A stretch of DNA of 64,000 nt from positions 28,006-92,005 of the forward strand of contig JANPGH010000015.1 in NCBI GenBank assembly GCA_031423795.1, given 5' to 3'. Below the pieces are notes generated by a model. It searched no databases. It was not told the DNA's origin and saw only the letters and a program-made list of their open reading frames with translations. The stretch is from Elusimicrobiota bacterium. Its GTDB lineage: Bacteria; Elusimicrobiota; Elusimicrobia; UBA1565; UBA9628. Position numbers and translations under genes: made by a program. Below are positions 62,050 to 64,000 of the stretch, piece after piece; the stretch's first letter is position 1, and each line of letters starts with the position of its first letter.

Positions 62050-62361
62050 TTACTTCAGGATGCCCAGGATGTCGTCTTGGTGCATGATCAGGTAGTCCTC
62101 GTCGTCAATCTTGATCTCCGAGCCCGAGTATTTCCCATAAAGAATCTTGTCGCCGGCCTTGACGTCCATCGGCAGAACCTTGCCGTCTTCGGTCGTCTTA
62201 CCCTTGCCTGTGGCCACGACGGAACCTTCTTGCGGCTTTTCCTTCGCAGAGTCGGGGATGATGATTCCACCGCGCTTCGTTTCCTTCTGCTCCGCGGGCT
62301 TAACGAGCACGCGGTCTCCGAGGGGCTGGATCTTTACTTTCGTCAGAGTCGCTTCGGCCAT
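62050..62361 (-). CDS. groES: co-chaperonin GroES
   Basis: 103 aa. IQPLGDRVLVK...GGIIIPDSAKEKPQEG...VKAGDKILYGKYSG. SD GGAGG upstream. Confidence 0.97.
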   Translation of the reverse strand: MAEATLTKVKIQPLGDRVLVKPAEQKETKRGGIIIPDSAKEKPQEGSVVATGKGKTTEDGKVLPMDVKAGDKILYGKYSGSEIKIDDEDYLIMHQDDILGILK

Positions 62362-62408
62362 CTGGTGTTACCTCCGTGGATTTGTACAACTAAATTCCGG
62401 CGCGAATG

Positions 62409-62435
62409 TTGGCACTCGCTTGCCGATGTTGCTAA
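62409..62435 (-). promoter_or_regulatory. CIRCE operator (HrcA binding site), slightly degenerate
   Basis: The minus strand reads TTAGCAACA-N9-GAGTGCCAA. The consensus I recall is TTAGCACTC-N9-GAGTGCTAA. It lies between the promoter and groES. Confidence 0.8.
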
Positions 62436-62464
62436 TTATAACACGCAGCCCTGAAAATTGTCAA
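62435..62464 (-). promoter_or_regulatory. consensus sigma70 promoter of groESL (TTGACA-N18-TATAAT)
   Basis: Minus-strand -35 TTGACA at 62459..62464 and -10 TATAAT at 62435..62440, abutting CIRCE. Confidence 0.75.
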
Positions 62465-62520
62465 TCAACTTGTTTGACTGCCAGTTCAGGAGGCGAGGAA
62501 CGCCTCGCGGCTTTAGGTGA

Positions 62521-63366
62521 TCAGCTCGGAAATATTTTTTTCAGAAAACCCATGGCGGCAGCCACAATTTTCGGGTTTTCAATCGGTGCGGTGGGAACGG
62601 GTTCTTGTGGAGCCGCCGGAGGAGCGGGCGGATGTTCGGGACTCAGCCGTTGCATTTCACGCTGTAGACGGGTGATGACACCGAGAGCTTTGGCCAAGGA
62701 CAATTCCTTGGCGCTAAGTTCGACGGTCAATTGGTCGACGCGCTGTTGACGGCCGCTCGTTTCCGAGCTCAATTCCTGGAGCCGATGTTGAGCGGCGTCG
62801 ATTTCGCTTTTATACCGTTGGACGGCCTCGGCGGACACGCGCCCTTCCGCGCGGGCAGCGTCGCGTTCAGCGGCCGCGGATTGCGCGGCGATTTGGGTGG
62901 CTTCGAGTGCTTCCCGGGCGTGACGCACTGTCTCCTCGAGCTCGGCAATGCGCGGCAAGCGGACTTCCAGCATGTCGGCGCGCTCACGAGCGTGTCCCAA
63001 TTCCTCGCGAACTGCCGACAGCTGACGTTGGAGCGACACGACCAGAGCCTTTTCTTCGCGATGGGATTCCAGCTCTCGCATCAAGTCCGAGACGTGGCCG
63101 AACAGCTTCGCGCTGGCCGTATCAATCAGGGCGTCGACATCGAGCGGTGGAGCCGGAGGCGTGGGCGGCGCTCCGACGGCACTGAGTCGTGTCGATAGTG
63201 CGCCCGCGATATCGCTGAATTCCCCTGCGCGACGCCAGTTTTTATCCGCGATATCTCCCGAGGCGGGGCAGACCAACGCCGTCATCGAAAATCCTGGTTG
63301 GTTGGCCAAATCTTCCGGCGTGAAGCTTCCGGGGACCTCTCCGTTCAAGTACACCCAATATTTCAC
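62521..63366 (-). CDS. GYF_2 (DUF4339)-domain protein with coiled-coil and Pro-rich C-terminal region
   Basis: N-terminus MKYWVYLNGEVPGSFTPEDLANQPGFSMTALVCPA...WRRAGEF resembles the bacterial GYF_2 domain. Long heptad-like E/R/A/L-rich region. Confidence 0.65.
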   Translation of the reverse strand: MKYWVYLNGEVPGSFTPEDLANQPGFSMTALVCPASGDIADKNWRRAGEFSDIAGALSTRLSAVGAPPTPPAPPLDVDALIDTASAKLFGHVSDLMRELESHREEKALVVSLQRQLSAVREELGHARERADMLEVRLPRIAELEETVRHAREALEATQIAAQSAAAERDAARAEGRVSAEAVQRYKSEIDAAQHRLQELSSETSGRQQRVDQLTVELSAKELSLAKALGVITRLQREMQRLSPEHPPAPPAAPQEPVPTAPIENPKIVAAAMGFLKKIFPS

Positions 63367-63956
63367 GCTTTCCCCCAGGCCGCATCAGGGCCTTGATGCA
63401 GTTGAGCAATAAAATCGCTTAATTCTTTGCGGAAAAGGGCGATGTCTTGGCCGGTGATATCCTTCGATTGGGTTAGTCGTTCAACGAGCTCCTCAATTTG
63501 GCGACGCGCCAAGACCAATGCCTTTTCGGCGTCTGCGCGGCGTTCTCGTTCCAGACGCAAATCGGCCTCGCGCGCCGCGTCGCGGCTATTGAGTCGTGCC
63601 AATTCGGCTCGCGCGGCGGTGAGTTCCCCGCCCATGCGTTCCTTATCTAAGGAGAGCTCGCGCAAACGCGATTCGGTTTCCAGCAGCGCCCCTTCGTAGG
63701 ATTGTCCCGCTTCCCGCAAACGGCGCTCGAACTCTTCGGCGGCGCGTCCCATTCCATGAATTCGCGAGCGCAATGCCTCATTATCGCGGGAGAGTTCCCC
63801 CAGCCGCAGATCCGGCGTCGGCGCAATCGGTGATTGGGACAGGGCCTCGACCGGACTCATCGCCGCTTCTTCCGACGCGATGTCACGCACCGGCATCAGA
63901 TGCGGATAACCGCGCCAGCGCAAGTCGCTTAACCAATCGAGATCGTCATCAGCCAT
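63363..63956 (-). CDS. hypothetical coiled-coil protein
   Basis: 197 aa, E/R/L/A-rich heptad-like repeats. ATGA overlap with the downstream GYF gene. TTGAAT-N17-TATCCT-N9-ATG upstream. Confidence 0.55.
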   Translation of the reverse strand: MADDDLDWLSDLRWRGYPHLMPVRDIASEEAAMSPVEALSQSPIAPTPDLRLGELSRDNEALRSRIHGMGRAAEEFERRLREAGQSYEGALLETESRLRELSLDKERMGGELTAARAELARLNSRDAAREADLRLERERRADAEKALVLARRQIEELVERLTQSKDITGQDIALFRKELSDFIAQLHQGPDAAWGKA

Positions 63957-64000
63957 TACTATAAGAGGATAATCGCGACATGTTAAATATTCAAGTCCGT

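Noticed and set aside
62485-62500. Short hairpin GCGAGG-aacg-CCTCGC just downstream of the GYF-domain gene.
   Set aside because: It has only a 6-bp stem and no U-tract on the transcribed strand, which is too weak to call a terminator.

Overview
GC-rich (about 60-65% by spot counts of 60-nt lines), very compact bacterial chromosomal segment. I call about 63 protein genes and one tRNA-Arg(UCU). I found no rRNA, CRISPR array, integrase or transposase. The gene content fits a diderm bacterium, lineage not determinable from the window. Housekeeping genes: long-form ispG, groES-groEL behind a consensus promoter plus CIRCE operator, pyk, mtnA, maf, cutA, yggS/yggU, and trxB-lipA-E2-lpd-lipB. Envelope genes: (1) a muropeptide-scavenging cluster (NamZ-like DUF1343, Na+/solute symporter, NagZ, DUF187 glycosidase-like lipoprotein, MltA); (2) a Lol/MacB-like ABC set (FtsX permease, ATPase, embedded YdcF, OM beta-barrel, LolA-like protein); (3) an S8 protease with a T9SS-type C-terminal domain coupled to a PorV-like barrel; (4) an ECF sigma/anti-sigma/RseB-like module; (5) an MsbA-like exporter. 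The only mobile-looking unit is a low-GC 985-bp HNH-endonuclease cassette bracketed by two identical 18-bp perfect palindromes, sitting just behind the groESL terminator. Three window-wide architectural features stand out. Transcription-unit-first genes carry a -10 box (often TGnTAnnnT) 6-11 nt upstream of the start codon and have no Shine-Dalgarno. Eighteen 4-nt start/stop overlaps occur inside operons. All eight convergent gene pairs overlap or are at most 10 nt apart. Candidates for undescribed systems, all inference from gene order: the VOC / Zn-ribbon SDR / unknown / GT-C+TPR operon; the HK / AI-2E / DoxX / DUF2071 / methyltransferase operon; the ABC / YdcF / barrel / LolA-like cluster with an inserted 535-aa kinase-like membrane protein; and a pterin module whose PTR1/FolM-type reductase is coupled to two unknown proteins. 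Functions are assigned from motifs I recognise in the translations. No database search was run, and many start codons are my reinterpretation of the ORF track.
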